64,000 nucleotides of DNA from Gemmatimonadota bacterium (GCA_963666735.1 OY762926.1:160001-224000), one strand, 5' to 3'; positions 1 through 9,625 are shown, counted from the first letter of the stretch. Made by a program: numbers and translations. Notes: generated by a model not told the origin, from the sequence alone.

Positions 1-1
1 C

Positions 2-2272
2 GTGTCGCTGGGGCTGACGCCCCGGCCTTCGTTGAGCGCTCAAAGCCACGGGAGGGACGGAGGAGGCGAAATGACGACCGTGTCGCTGGGGCTGACGCCC
101 CGGCCTTCGTTGAGCGGGACGAGCCCTACTCGTGGGTGGGTTCGACGATCGAGTGTCGCTGGGGCTGACGCCCCGGCCTTCGTTGAGCGGTGGATCGGTC
201 GAGGCCGATCTTCGTATTCGCGAGGATGGTGTCGCTGGGGCTGACGCCCCGGCCTTCGTTGAGCGATAACCGCCAACAACAAGCCCGGCGGGAAAGTGTC
301 CGCGTGTCGCTGGGGCTGACGCCCCGGCCTTCGTTGAGCGCTCCAAAAGGGAGGGCAGTGGAATGGATCGTGCGAAGATGTGTCGCTGGGGCTGACGCCC
401 CGGCCTTCGTTGAGCGGCTTGACCAATAGTGACGGGAACTACCCCGGCAACTCCGGTGTCGCTGGGGCTGACGCCCCGGCCTTCGTTGAGCGGCCTCGTC
501 ACCCAATCCTTTGTCCTGGCCCGCCGCACCGAGGTGTCGCTGGGGCTGACGCCCCGGCCTTCGTTGAGCGGTGGAGGCGCTCAGGAACGCCGCCCCGGAC
601 GATGGCGAGTGTCGCTGGGGCTGACGCCCCGGCCTTCGTTGAGCGGAGGGGACGGCGCTGGAGGTTGCGGAGCGGCTGGCGAAGTGTCGCTGGGGCTGAC
701 GCCCCGGCCTTCGTTGAGCGACGACGCAGATCGGGGTGCTGGTCACCCGGGACACGCGGTGTCGCTGGGGCTGACGCCCCGGCCTTCGTTGAGCGCTGGG
801 GGTCATCCAGGACCTGCAGAACGGGTTCTCGAAGTGTCGCTGGGGCTGACGCCCCGGCCTTCGTTGAGCGCCCTTTCGTGCGTGTCCGCTGTTTCCCGGT
901 CTCGCGAGAGGTGTCGCTGGGGCTGACGCCCCGGCCTTCGTTGAGCGGACTGGGTTTTCGCCACGGCCGACTGGACGGCCCACATGTGTCGCTGGGGCTG
1001 ACGCCCCGGCCTTCGTTGAGCGCCCGTTGGCAGGGATAGGCTTACGGATTGGATGGCGCAGTGTCGCTGGGGCTGACGCCCCGGCCTTCGTTGAGCGCTG
1101 GGCGGCCAGTCGCCGTTCCCGAAATGACCGAACCGACCGGTGTCGCTGGGGCTGACGCCCCGGCCTTCGTTGAGCGTCCCTGGAGAGAGTCCACGCGGGC
1201 TGAACGGTTCACGGGTGTCGCTGGGGCTGACGCCCCGGCCTTCGTTGAGCGTCTTCATGGAGCGCGCCATGTCGCCCGACGGCCTGCCACGTGTCGCTGG
1301 GGCTGACGCCCCGGCCTTCGTTGAGCGCTGATCGCCCGACTGCTCCGGCAGTCGCTTGAGCCGGTGTCGCTGGGGCTGACGCCCCGGCCTTCGTTGAGCG
1401 ATCTCGACCTGATCGACGTCCTCCATCTGGGAGCGCGTGTGTCGCTGGGGCTGACGCCCCGGCCTTCGTTGAGCGCCCAGTCACTGTGACGAGCGTGTAC
1501 CGGAGCCTCGAGAAAGTGTCGCTGGGGCTGACGCCCCGGCCTTCGTTGAGCGCCATGTAACACCATTGCCAAACCGAAGAAACCGCCCGTGTCGCTGGGG
1601 CTGACGCCCCGGCCTTCGTTGAGCGGGGTTCGCCTACCGAGTTCTTGACGCTCAGTGGGTGCGAGGTGTCGCTGGGGCTGACGCCCCGGCCTTCGTTGAG
1701 CGGCGCGGGAGAAGCGTCCGAACGATTCCGTCTTCCGCCAGTGTCGCTGGGGCTGACGCCCCGGCCTTCGTTGAGCGGCTGGCTTGCGACGATGATGTCG
1801 ATGGACTGGACGCCCGTGTCGCTGGGGCTGACGCCCCGGCCTTCGTTGAGCGACCTCCGGTGTTCCGGGGGCGGGGCGTACGGACGCGGGTGTCGCTGGG
1901 GCTGACGCCCCGGCCTTCGTTGAGCGGGTTTGGGCGATCCCTCATCGCCGCACGCGTTGGCGCAGGTGTCGCTGGGGCTGACGCCCCGGCCTTCGTTGAG
2001 CGAAGTCGAAAATCAAGGAATTCGCGGACGCGTGTCTGGTGTCGCTGGGGCTGACGCCCCGGCCTTCGTTGAGCGACCTATCCCGGCCTCCTCGCGGTCG
2101 CGTGGATCGAAGTGTCGCTGGGGCTGACGCCCCGGCCTTCGTCGAGCGGATCGGAGCGCCCGTGACCGGCTACGGGACGCCGTATATGTGTCGCTGGGGC
2201 TGACGCCTCGGCCTTCGTTGAGCGTCATCATTCACGGCGCTATCTGAGGCAAAAAGGTAGAGTGTCGCCGGG
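2..2272 (+). CRISPR. CRISPR array, 37-bp repeat GTGTCGCTGGGGCTGACGCCCCGGCCTTCGTTGAGCG, 30 repeats plus degenerate terminal repeat; probably type I-G (I-U); likely continues left of the window
   Basis: Repeats start at 2, 80, 153, 229 ... 2039, 2112 (T>C variant), 2188 (C>T variant), with a truncated GTGTCGCCGGG at 2262. Unique spacers of ~36-42 nt. Internal hairpin GCTGGGGC-TGAC-GCCCCGGC. Degeneracy at the right end marks it as the trailer. Subtype is inferred from repeat style only. Confidence 0.97.
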
Positions 2273-2274
2273 TC

Positions 2275-2345
2275 GCCCAACGCCCACACGCTGCGCGTGA
2301 AGCTCCTCAAAATCGGTCTGCGCGGTGCCGTGCAACGCGTCCGCA
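2275..2345 (+). pseudogene. Possible IS1380-family transposase C-terminal remnant abutting the terminal CRISPR repeat
   Basis: Reads PNAHTLRVKLLKIG, resembling the TxRxKLLKIG motif near IS1380 C-termini; very short. Confidence 0.3.
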
Positions 2346-2491
2346 TGTCGGCACGCCCCGCCACGGCTCCCACGCGCAGCCTGTGACAACTCCGGGCGCG
2401 AAGAAATTGCATCCGCCACCGTCGCATACTTAGACTTCCAACACCCTGATTCCGGGGATCAACATCCCCGGGAGTACGATTAACCCGTTCC

Positions 2492-3714
2492 TAGTGTCAT
2501 GTCACACATCAAACGTCGGATAGAGACGCTTGAGCTTGACACGTGCGTCGTCGGTGGTGAACTGCCAGTCGACCTTGGCTCGGATTCGGTCTCTGGCCGC
2601 CTGCCAGGCGGCGACTTCGGCGCGCAGGGTGTCGATGGAGTCGATGCGGCGGTTGAGGCACTGGCGGATCATGACGTTGAGTTCGACCTCGGCGACGTTC
2701 AGCCAACTGCCGTGCCTGGGGGTGTGGACGAACTCGAAGCGGTCCCAAAGCGCCTTGGCCTCGGCGGGTTCGAAGGTTTCGTAGAGGGCGCCGGGGCGGT
2801 GCGTGTTGAGGTTGTCCATCACCAGCGTGATCCGGGTGGCGCCGGGGTACTGCGCGGCGATGTCCTGCGGGAAGAGGGCCCAGTCGGTCTTCGTTCTGCG
2901 CTCGGTCACCTTGGTCCGGCGCCGGCCGGCCAGCGGTTCGGTGGCCATGAACACGTTGCAGGTGCCGAGGCGCCGGTACTCGTAGTCTTCGCGGGCCGGC
3001 CGTCCCGGTGCCGGCGGGACGGGCGTGCGCGTCTCGCCGATCAGCTGGCGCGGCGTCTCGTCCATGCACACCACCGGGAAGTTCGCATCGTACGGACGCC
3101 GGTAGACGTCGAGCACCCGCTCCATCCCCGCCGCGAAGTCGGCGTTGCGCCGCGGCGGGATCACCCAGCCGATGCGCCGCCAGGGTTTGATGGCGTTTTT
3201 TTTAGCACGCGCCGCACCGTCTCGTGCGAGACGCTGTCGATGTAGCCGAGTTCCACCGCGCGGTCCGCCAGCAGGCGCAGCGACCACTGCGCGCGCCCCT
3301 CGGGCGGATCGCCGCAGCTGAGCGCGACCAGCCGCGCCTCAAATTCGCCGTCCGCCTTACGAAGGTATTTCGCGCGACGACCCTGCCGGGCCCCAAGCGC
3401 CGCTTCCACACCGTCCTCCACGAACCGCTTCCTGACCCGGTCCACCCTGCGCGCGCTGATCCGCAACACCCCGGCGATCTCTCCGCCGGTCGCGCGCCGC
3501 TCGTTGAACTCCCCCTCGTCGCAATTGAGCAGAACCAGCGCGTTGACCACCTTCCGCGAACGATGCGACCCCTTGCGCGTGATCGCCGCCAGCGCCTCGC
3601 GCTCCCCCGCCTCCAACTCCACCAGATACCGTTTCATGCCAGCCTCCCCGCCATTGTGGACCGGCGGGAAACCTATCAGGATACATGCGACATATCACAT
3701 GTGACATGACACTA
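2492..3714 (-). mobile_element. IS630-family insertion sequence, copy 1 (1223 bp)
   Basis: Terminal IR TAGTGTCATGTCACA...TGTGACATGACACTA within CTAG context at both ends; two-ORF transposase. Confidence 0.93.
2502..3637 (-). CDS. IS630 transposase, orfA (3637-3161, HTH) joined to orfB (DDE) by predicted -1 frameshift
   Basis: SHETVRRVLKK|NAIKPW junction at an A8 run near 3196-3203; motifs VVCMDE, LVMDNLNTH, HTPRHGSWLNVAE. Confidence 0.9.
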
Positions 3715-4273
3715 GGAGGATTAGATTCATGTCATCATCCAAGCGCGTGTCGGGCATCGCCGCCATGCTAGCCGCTCTGGTTCTGGCTGTGGTGCCGTCC
3801 GCTTCCGCGAGCACGCTGGAGGTAGGACTTGAGGCCGCTCTTCCAGCGGTACGCGCCGACTTTCCCGTTCTCCCCGCTGCGGCGAATGAGCGTGCCGCTG
3901 TACCCGTGGGTGCTGCGCTCGACTCGTGTGATGACGAAGCGTGGCGTCTTGGCGTTGCCACGGCGGGCTGCCTCATCGGTGCTGTCGGGTTCTTCAAGGC
4001 AGGTAAGACCATCAAGGCAGCCGGTAAAGCGATCAAGAGCGGCGGCAACGTCAAGCAGATCGTCTACGGCGCAGTCGGTGCTTTTTTCTGCACGGACGTG
4101 TGGAACAGCTTTTGGGATTGGAGTGACTGCGCGAATGATGCCGGGATGCAAGATATCCTCAACCCCGCCTACGGATATGACCCCCAGATCCTGGACACCC
4201 CACCATTGTGACGTTTGACCTCCGGGCGCGGTGCTGCGCAGGGTAGAACCCGGCAGACCGGAAGGAGGTCGAC

Positions 4274-4552
4274 ATGGCACGGCGGCGGTACACGCCCAAG
4301 CTGAAGGCACAGGTGGTGCTGGAGGTCCTGGGTGGCGAGAAGACGCCCGGGCAGGTGGCCAAGGCGTACGGGGTGCACCCGAACTCGGTACAGCTCTGGA
4401 GGCGGCGGTTCGTGGACCGGGCGCCGGAGGTCTTCGCCCGGGAGACGACGGTGAAGGAGTACGAGCGCCGGATCCGGGACCTGGAGCAGCTTCTGGGCAA
4501 GAAGGAGGTGGAGATCGCCCTTTTAAAAAACTTCTTGGGCCGGAGCGGCTGA
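4274..4552 (+). CDS. IS3 transposase OrfA (HTH)
   Basis: MARRRYTPKLKAQVVLE...VAKAYGVHPN; RBS GGAGG; slippery TTTTAAAAAAC near 4521-4531. Confidence 0.88.
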   Translation: MARRRYTPKLKAQVVLEVLGGEKTPGQVAKAYGVHPNSVQLWRRRFVDRAPEVFARETTVKEYERRIRDLEQLLGKKEVEIALLKNFLGRSG

Positions 4553-4554
4553 GC

Positions 4555-5451
4555 GTGGCTGAGAAGGCGGCGCTCGTCTCCGGAACGCATGGGGCGTACG
4601 GCCTGGGGCCGTCGCTGCGGGCGGTGGAGCTGGCGCGCTCGACGTGGTACCACCACACGCGGACGAGAGTGCCGTACGCGGAGAAATACGCGCACCTGGA
4701 GGCGCCGCTCAAGGCGATCGCCGAGGCGCACCCGGAGTACGGGTACCGGCGAACCGCCGCGGAACTCCGGGAGACGTACGGCCACCGGGTGAACCGGAAG
4801 GTCGTGGCGCGGCTGCACCGGCTGTGGGATCTGCCCTTGAGGCGTACGGTTACGCGGCCGAAGCCGAGCGCGGTCCGGCGGGCCATAGACGCGGCGGGGC
4901 CGCGCGCGAACCTGTTGTCGGGACGGCCGAAGGCGGAGATGGGGCCGCTGGAGGTCTTCTACACCGACTTCACCGAACTCGTCCACGCCGGCGGGACGAG
5001 CAAGGCGTGGCTGATCCCCATCCTCGATCACGCGACGAAGTACGTCGCGGGCTTCGCCGTTGGAGCGTCGGCCGACTCCGGCTTGGCGCTCTCGGCCTGG
5101 ACGGCGGCGGAGCGGACCCTGGCCCGCCTCCGGCACTCGCTGGACGGGATCATCGTCCACCAGGACCGGGACCCGGTGTTCACCGGCTATGCATGGACCC
5201 GCCGGCTGCTGTCGGCGGGCGCGCGGCTCTCCTACGCGCTGCGCGGACCGAGGGACAACCCGGAGATGGAGAGCTTCTTCGGCCGCTTCAAGGTGGAGAA
5301 CAGGTCTCTGATCCTCGACGCCGGCTCGGTCGAGGAACTCGCGGCCGTCGTCCGCGACCGGATCAACTACTACAATCGGGTACGCCGTCACTCCTCCCTC
5401 GGAGACCGGCCACCCATGACCATCATCGAGGACCTCTACCGAGAGGGCTGA
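4555..5451 (+). CDS. IS3 transposase OrfB (rve/DDE), probably expressed as frameshifted OrfAB; start approximate
   Basis: YGYRR, YTDFTE, HQDRD, DNPEMESFFGRFKVE, YNRVRRHSSLG motifs. Confidence 0.88.
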   Translation: MAEKAALVSGTHGAYGLGPSLRAVELARSTWYHHTRTRVPYAEKYAHLEAPLKAIAEAHPEYGYRRTAAELRETYGHRVNRKVVARLHRLWDLPLRRTVTRPKPSAVRRAIDAAGPRANLLSGRPKAEMGPLEVFYTDFTELVHAGGTSKAWLIPILDHATKYVAGFAVGASADSGLALSAWTAAERTLARLRHSLDGIIVHQDRDPVFTGYAWTRRLLSAGARLSYALRGPRDNPEMESFFGRFKVENRSLILDAGSVEELAAVVRDRINYYNRVRRHSSLGDRPPMTIIEDLYREG

Positions 5452-5594
5452 GCAGCACAATAAACCCGGAGGTCGGGTGTCCAACTTCTTGGGGTCACTT
5501 CATACCTTGGCCTCCTGTCGGATGCGGATGAAGGCGGCGACGAGAATCTTGGCCAAGTTTTCGTGGATATCGGCGATTACCTTCTCGGAGCTCC

Positions 5595-5711
5595 ATGATG
5601 GGCTGGGATTGGTGGTACCTATTTCCGATTGCGTTCGTGGTGTTCGTATACATCGTCGCGAATCGGGCAGCGGATTCGCTGACGGATTCGCGAAGCGGGC
5701 GTAGGGAATAG
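5595..5711 (+). CDS. 38-aa single-pass membrane peptide, candidate immunity protein
   Basis: MMGWDWWYLFPIAFVVFVYIVANRAADSLTDSRSGRRE; ATGA overlap with the stop of the reconstructed upstream gene; below the ORF-track cutoff. Confidence 0.55.
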   Translation: MMGWDWWYLFPIAFVVFVYIVANRAADSLTDSRSGRRE

Positions 5712-5789
5712 GGCGGATCCTAGGAAGAGGAACAGGGTGGTGCGATCCTCCTCAAAGATCTTTCCGAGTGCAGTGCTCTCTCTGCCAAC

Positions 5790-5890
5790 TGGAGCTGTCC
5801 CGCTTTCACGGACGGTTGATTTCTGTGGTTGAGCGCCTCCGGCGCTGCTCCCGTCAGTCCCTCTCAGACGCGAAAGAGCGGCTCGGGGTC
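5790..5890 (-). mobile_element. Isolated right end of an IS3-family element related to 46700-48035
   Basis: TGGAGCTGTCCCGCTTTCACGGACGGTT..TTTCTGTGGTTGA is the reverse complement of the end at 47993-48035. Confidence 0.8.
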
Positions 5891-5904
5891 AGGGCCGTCG
5901 CACC

Positions 5905-6065
5905 CCGCCGGCGCCGGATCCGGAGGTCGCGGCGAAGGCGACGAGGCGGCGCTTCACGGCAGCGTACAAGCTGTCGATCATGGAGAGGGCGGACGCCTGC
6001 GAGTCGCCGGGGGAGGGTCGGAGAGCTGCTTCGGCGCGAGGGCTTGTACAGTTCGCGCCTGACGC
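5905..6065 (+). pseudogene. Fragment of a different IS3-family OrfA
   Basis: PDPEVAAKATRRRFTAAYKLSIMERADACESPG..VGELLRREGLYSSRLT, frameshifted. Confidence 0.7.
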
Positions 6066-6076
6066 TCTCATGTTTG

Positions 6077-6640
6077 TCAAGCGGGCGATGGCGCGGTGAG
6101 CACGCGGTAGACTTCGCGTGCCACATAGCGCTTCAGGCAGCGCATGAACTCACGCTTGGACAGCCCCTCCCGGGTGCGCCGCTCGACGTAGTCCCGGGTT
6201 CGCTGGTCGGTGCGCATGCGGCACACGACGATCATGTGGAGGGCCGAGTTGTCCTGGCGGTTCCCGCCGCGATTGAGGCGATGGCGCTGCGTCTTCCCGC
6301 TCGATGCGGGCAGCGGGCAGGCGCCGCACAGCATCGCGAAGCTCGCATCGGAGCGCAGCCGGCCGGGATTCTCGCCCGCCGCGACCATCAGTTCGCCCGC
6401 GCTGGCGACGGCTCACGCCTTCGAGCGCGAGCAGATCGGGAGCGAGCTCCTCGACGAGGGCCAGGACCCTTCGGGCGAGGGACTTCAGCGACAGCCTAGT
6501 GGCCACCGCCGGGTCCCGGCATCGCGTGGCGTCCGGCCTCCAAGCCGCACAGACGGCAGTCGTCGTCCGCACTCGTCTCCGATGTCTCGACGCCACCAAG
6601 GCGGGCGACCCGCCGGTCCAGGGGCGCGCGGCACTGATTG
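6077..6640 (-). pseudogene. IS110-family transposase C-terminal fragment
   Basis: GENPGRLRSDASFAMLCG..PASSGKTQRHRLNRGGNRQ..ALHMIV..CLKRYVAREVY; frameshifts upstream. Confidence 0.85.
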
Positions 6641-6655
6641 CCCGTCTCGTCGCGC

Positions 6656-7297
6656 TCAGATTTGCGCCGCCTCCATGATCGCGGCCACATAGTCATCCAG
6701 CCGGGCCATGACCTCGATCGTGTCCGCCTGGCTCTCCGCGTTCGCGAACTCCTTGGCCAGACCGAGCAGTAGGCGGCGAACCGCAACCGGGTCGCCCGCC
6801 TCCATCGGCGGCGCATCCGCAGCGTTGGGCTCCTCAGCCGTTGGGACCTCCGGTTCCGGTGGCGTCTCGGGCTTGGGAGCGGCGGCCCTTGCCAGCCGCG
6901 CCTTCACCTGGAGGGGGTACTTTGCGTGGAACTGTCGGGCCGAGAGTTCCGCGACGGAGGGGTCGATCTCGCGGGCACCGGCGAATAGGTCCGCGTTCGA
7001 GACATCGGGGTCCACTTCGAGCGTCCGCTCCACAAACTGCTTGACGGCGGCGCCGGATGCCGCGGGCGCGGGGTCGGGCTCCGGGTTCGCCTTCGGTTGC
7101 CGTGCGGGCCGCTCTTGCGGCGCGATCCGCCGGGTCGCCGACAGCCGATACTTGGCGTGAAACTGTTGCAGCGTGAGTTCCCCGACCGACTCGTCGATCT
7201 CACGGGCACCGGCGAACAAGGCGGCGTTCTTCACGCCGGAGTCCGCCTTCAGTTCGCATTCCACGTACTGCAAGACGGCATCATGCAAGCTGCCCAT
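6656..7297 (-). CDS. Hypothetical protein (213 aa) with two tandem copies of a small helical domain
   Basis: N.xLFAGAREID.SV.EL..xQFHAKY occurs twice with Pro/Ala/Glu linkers; purine-rich RBS before ATG 7297. Confidence 0.7.
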   Translation of the reverse strand: MGSLHDAVLQYVECELKADSGVKNAALFAGAREIDESVGELTLQQFHAKYRLSATRRIAPQERPARQPKANPEPDPAPAASGAAVKQFVERTLEVDPDVSNADLFAGAREIDPSVAELSARQFHAKYPLQVKARLARAAAPKPETPPEPEVPTAEEPNAADAPPMEAGDPVAVRRLLLGLAKEFANAESQADTIEVMARLDDYVAAIMEAAQI

Positions 7298-7574
7298 GTC
7301 CGTTACCCTTTCCTGTGGCAAGTCCGCGCCCGGCGGAGGCGGACGAGCCGGGAGTCGCTCAATTGTGCTCAGTTTGAGAATACTCGACGAGTGGTCGGGC
7401 AGGGTCAATGTTCGCTGGCGTTTGCGAGAGGCTCCACCCGTCACCTGAGTAGCGCCGGTGATCAAGGGGTAGATCTCGCCCGCCGTCCGAGGAATCGCCG
7501 ACATCAGCCGAAGCGCGCCGGACGCGCCGTAGGCACGGCGGCGCTCAAACCAGCCTTCCTGCAAGGATTATTTC

Positions 7575-7673
7575 GAGGGGAGCGACCCCAGCAGGGGGCG
7601 GGGACGAGCGCGTGAAAACGCGCACGGCCCCGCGCCCGAAACGGGCACCTGTGCCCCTGGGGTCGCTCCCCTC
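7575..7673. other. Highly structured intergenic element (multibranch stem-loop)
   Basis: Perfect 17-bp IR GAGGGGAGCGACCCCAG/CTGGGGTCGCTCCCCTC enclosing a GAAA-capped hairpin and GCCCG-AAA-CGGGC. Confidence 0.6.
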
Positions 7674-7834
7674 CACGCCCAAAGCGGCTCCTGCGCCACG
7701 GCCGACCGTGCAGCGACGCCGCAAGACGTTGCCGCGTCAGCGGATATGCGAGCCGATCGGTGCGCATCACCGGAGCGTCAGAATGTGCATCGACCCCCGT
7801 TGTCTCTTGCACACCTCCGGTACGGCCCAGGACC

Positions 7835-8818
7835 TCAGGCCTCCCACCAGAATCGAGCCCCCGCGAGCCGAACCGTCCGCCATGTGGCGACGCGTTCCGT
7901 CAGCCCCCGGCCCGCACGCCTGCGCGCGCGCTTCTCAAGAGCGACGGCGTGCTTCAATGCCGGCTGCAATCCACCGTACTCGTCGAGGACCCGGACATCC
8001 CCCCCGAGGATGGCCTGCTCGATCTGGGCGAGCTCGCGCCGGGTCTCCTCGTCGATTTCAGAGGGACGGGGATACCGTGCCCAGTTGGCGAGCACCCGGC
8101 CCGCCCGGTGGTCCTCCTGCCATCTCCGGGCGACCGCCACCACTTCGATCTTGTGGCCCAGGTCCCATAGCGCCTTCCAGAGATCGCCGTGCGCCGCGCC
8201 CCACGAACGGAGCGCCGTCGCGGTCTCGTGGCCCGGCTCGGCGTAGACGAAGACCGCGCGCTCCGTGTCCAGCGCGATGGGCAGCCGAAGCGGGAAAAAG
8301 CGCCGGAGCCCCCCGAGCGCGCCACGGTAGACGCGTTGGGGAAGAAGCCCCCGCTCGATCCCGAGCGCTTCGAAGGCGGCGACCTTCTCGGCCTCGGTCG
8401 GCAGCCACGGCACGCCGGGATGTTCGAGCACGTAGTCGAGCGCGAGCAAGCGGCGCATCAGCACTTCCCCGGACGTGATCCGGCGACGGCGGCGGTCCCC
8501 CGTGCCGAGCGCCTTGTAGATCGCGCGTCCGTGGCTCCGGCAGATCCGACCGATGCCCTTGATGCCCGGCGGTTTCTCCTCGACGGCCACGCCTTGGGCG
8601 ACGAGCTTGCGGACGGCGCGGCCAACCTTCTCGTGGTGGCACCCGAGGAAGCTCGTCCACTGCGCCCGGGTGAACACCCCGCCGTGGAAGCAGGCCAGGG
8701 CGATCCACTCGGCGCGCCGACCCGCCCAGCCAAGAGGCTCCAGCGCCTTCGCGCGTTCGCTCAGATCGGCGACCGCTCCGCTCGCCGCCGGATTGAACTG
8801 CCACTTCGGCCTCTCCAT
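7835..8818 (-). CDS. MGE-associated protein, Replic_Relax-like (winged helix plus nuclease-like domain)
   Basis: ALEPLGWAGRRAEWIALACFHGGVFTRAQ..., LMRRLLALDYVLEHP, RFFPLRLPIALD; family assignment from memory. Confidence 0.55.
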   Translation of the reverse strand: MERPKWQFNPAASGAVADLSERAKALEPLGWAGRRAEWIALACFHGGVFTRAQWTSFLGCHHEKVGRAVRKLVAQGVAVEEKPPGIKGIGRICRSHGRAIYKALGTGDRRRRRITSGEVLMRRLLALDYVLEHPGVPWLPTEAEKVAAFEALGIERGLLPQRVYRGALGGLRRFFPLRLPIALDTERAVFVYAEPGHETATALRSWGAAHGDLWKALWDLGHKIEVVAVARRWQEDHRAGRVLANWARYPRPSEIDEETRRELAQIEQAILGGDVRVLDEYGGLQPALKHAVALEKRARRRAGRGLTERVATWRTVRLAGARFWWEA

Positions 8819-8870
8819 GCCCGAAACGGTGTGGAAACGTTCGCGGGCAAGTCAACCCGAAGGAAGCGTC

Positions 8871-8910
8871 ACAATGTCTCGCGAAGTCTCCGGATGTCTC
8901 GGAATGTATC
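8871..8910. repeat. Four 10-bp phased direct repeats (iteron/operator-like)
   Basis: ACAATGTCTC GCGAAGTCTC CGGATGTCTC GGAATGTATC, 53-92 bp upstream of the 8818 start. Confidence 0.5.
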
Positions 8911-8982
8911 CGGGCCATCGGTCACGGCCCCCAGCGGCTTTTCCAATGCCGCCTGCCGGTCCTCCCCCCGGTGCCCACGGCC

Positions 8983-9336
8983 TCAGGAGAAGAACCCGCG
9001 CACCGACCGCAGGACCTCCTCCATCTTCCCGGTCCTGAGAGCGCCAATCCGCTTGACGACGAGCACCGAGTGCATCGTGAACAGCTTGGTCGCCTTCACC
9101 ATCGATGCCTTGGGGAGCCCACCCTCGGCGAAGTCGGCGCGCCGGAGATGCACCGCGTTCGGGTCACCACCCGTGATGTGCGAGGTGATGGCTGCCAGCA
9201 CGAGGTCCCGCTCGGCGGCGTTGAAGGCATCCGGGGAAAGGACCAGCGCGGGCCGTCTCTTGGATGAAGTGAGATCGGTGAAGGGGAACGAAACGAGAAC
9301 GATATCGCCCTGCCTATAGGCTATCGTAGACTGCAT
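8983..9336 (-). CDS. PemK/MazF-family toxin
   Basis: GDIVLVSFPFTDLTSSKRRPALVLS...ITSH...GGLPKAS. Confidence 0.92.
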   Translation of the reverse strand: MQSTIAYRQGDIVLVSFPFTDLTSSKRRPALVLSPDAFNAAERDLVLAAITSHITGGDPNAVHLRRADFAEGGLPKASMVKATKLFTMHSVLVVKRIGALRTGKMEEVLRSVRGFFS

Positions 9337-9514
9337 CCTCCTCGTTTTCCCAGAACTCGAAGCTGCGCTCCGAACCCTTCAACCACGGAACGTCCGCCGC
9401 AAGCCGTTTCAACTCGCTCTCGGAGAAGACTTGGTAGACCTCGCCGGGTGCCGGGCTCTCCACCTCCTCCAGGGGCGCGAACACCCCGTCCCTGTATTCA
9501 GCCTTGATGCTCAT
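9314..9514 (-). CDS. Antitoxin (DUF104/AF2212-like)
   Basis: IKAEYRDGVFAPLE N-terminus, acidic FWENEEDAVYD tail, overlaps the toxin start. Confidence 0.8.
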   Translation of the reverse strand: MSIKAEYRDGVFAPLEEVESPAPGEVYQVFSESELKRLAADVPWLKGSERSFEFWENEEDAVYDSL

Positions 9515-9625
9515 GGTTCATTGACTCTACCGGATAACCGGCGCGGGCGCTACTTCGCGCCGGATCGCGAGAGAGTGCGGCATGAGGGAGCGACACGCCA
9601 AGTCGCCACGCCTTCGCATGGCCAC

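Larger units (their letters stand above)
4173..5502 (+). mobile_element. IS3-family insertion sequence with 3-bp TSD (TAC)
   Basis: IRs TGACCCCCAGATCCTGGACACCC / GGGTGTCCAACTTCTTGGGGTCA; TAC at 4170-4172 and 5503-5505. Confidence 0.9.
3729..5598 (+). pseudogene. Secreted Cys-containing Gly/Ala/Lys-rich protein (bacteriocin-precursor-like), ~178 aa when reconstructed, interrupted by IS3 at codon 148
   Basis: RBS AGGAGG at 3714; signal peptide ending ASA; four Cys. Removing IS 4173-5502 and one TAC copy gives in-frame ...ILNPAY-LGLLSDADEGGDENLGQVFVDIGDYLLGAP-stop at 5598. Confidence 0.7.

Noticed and set aside
571..608. Spacer 8 loosely resembles 26722-26745 in the TPR-TlpA gene (self-targeting?)
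   Set aside because: Only short, gapped GC-rich similarity; expected by chance.
2..2231. Many ORFs with repeating VSLGLTPRPSLS / AQRRPGRQPQRH peptides
   Set aside because: Translation artefacts of the CRISPR repeats.
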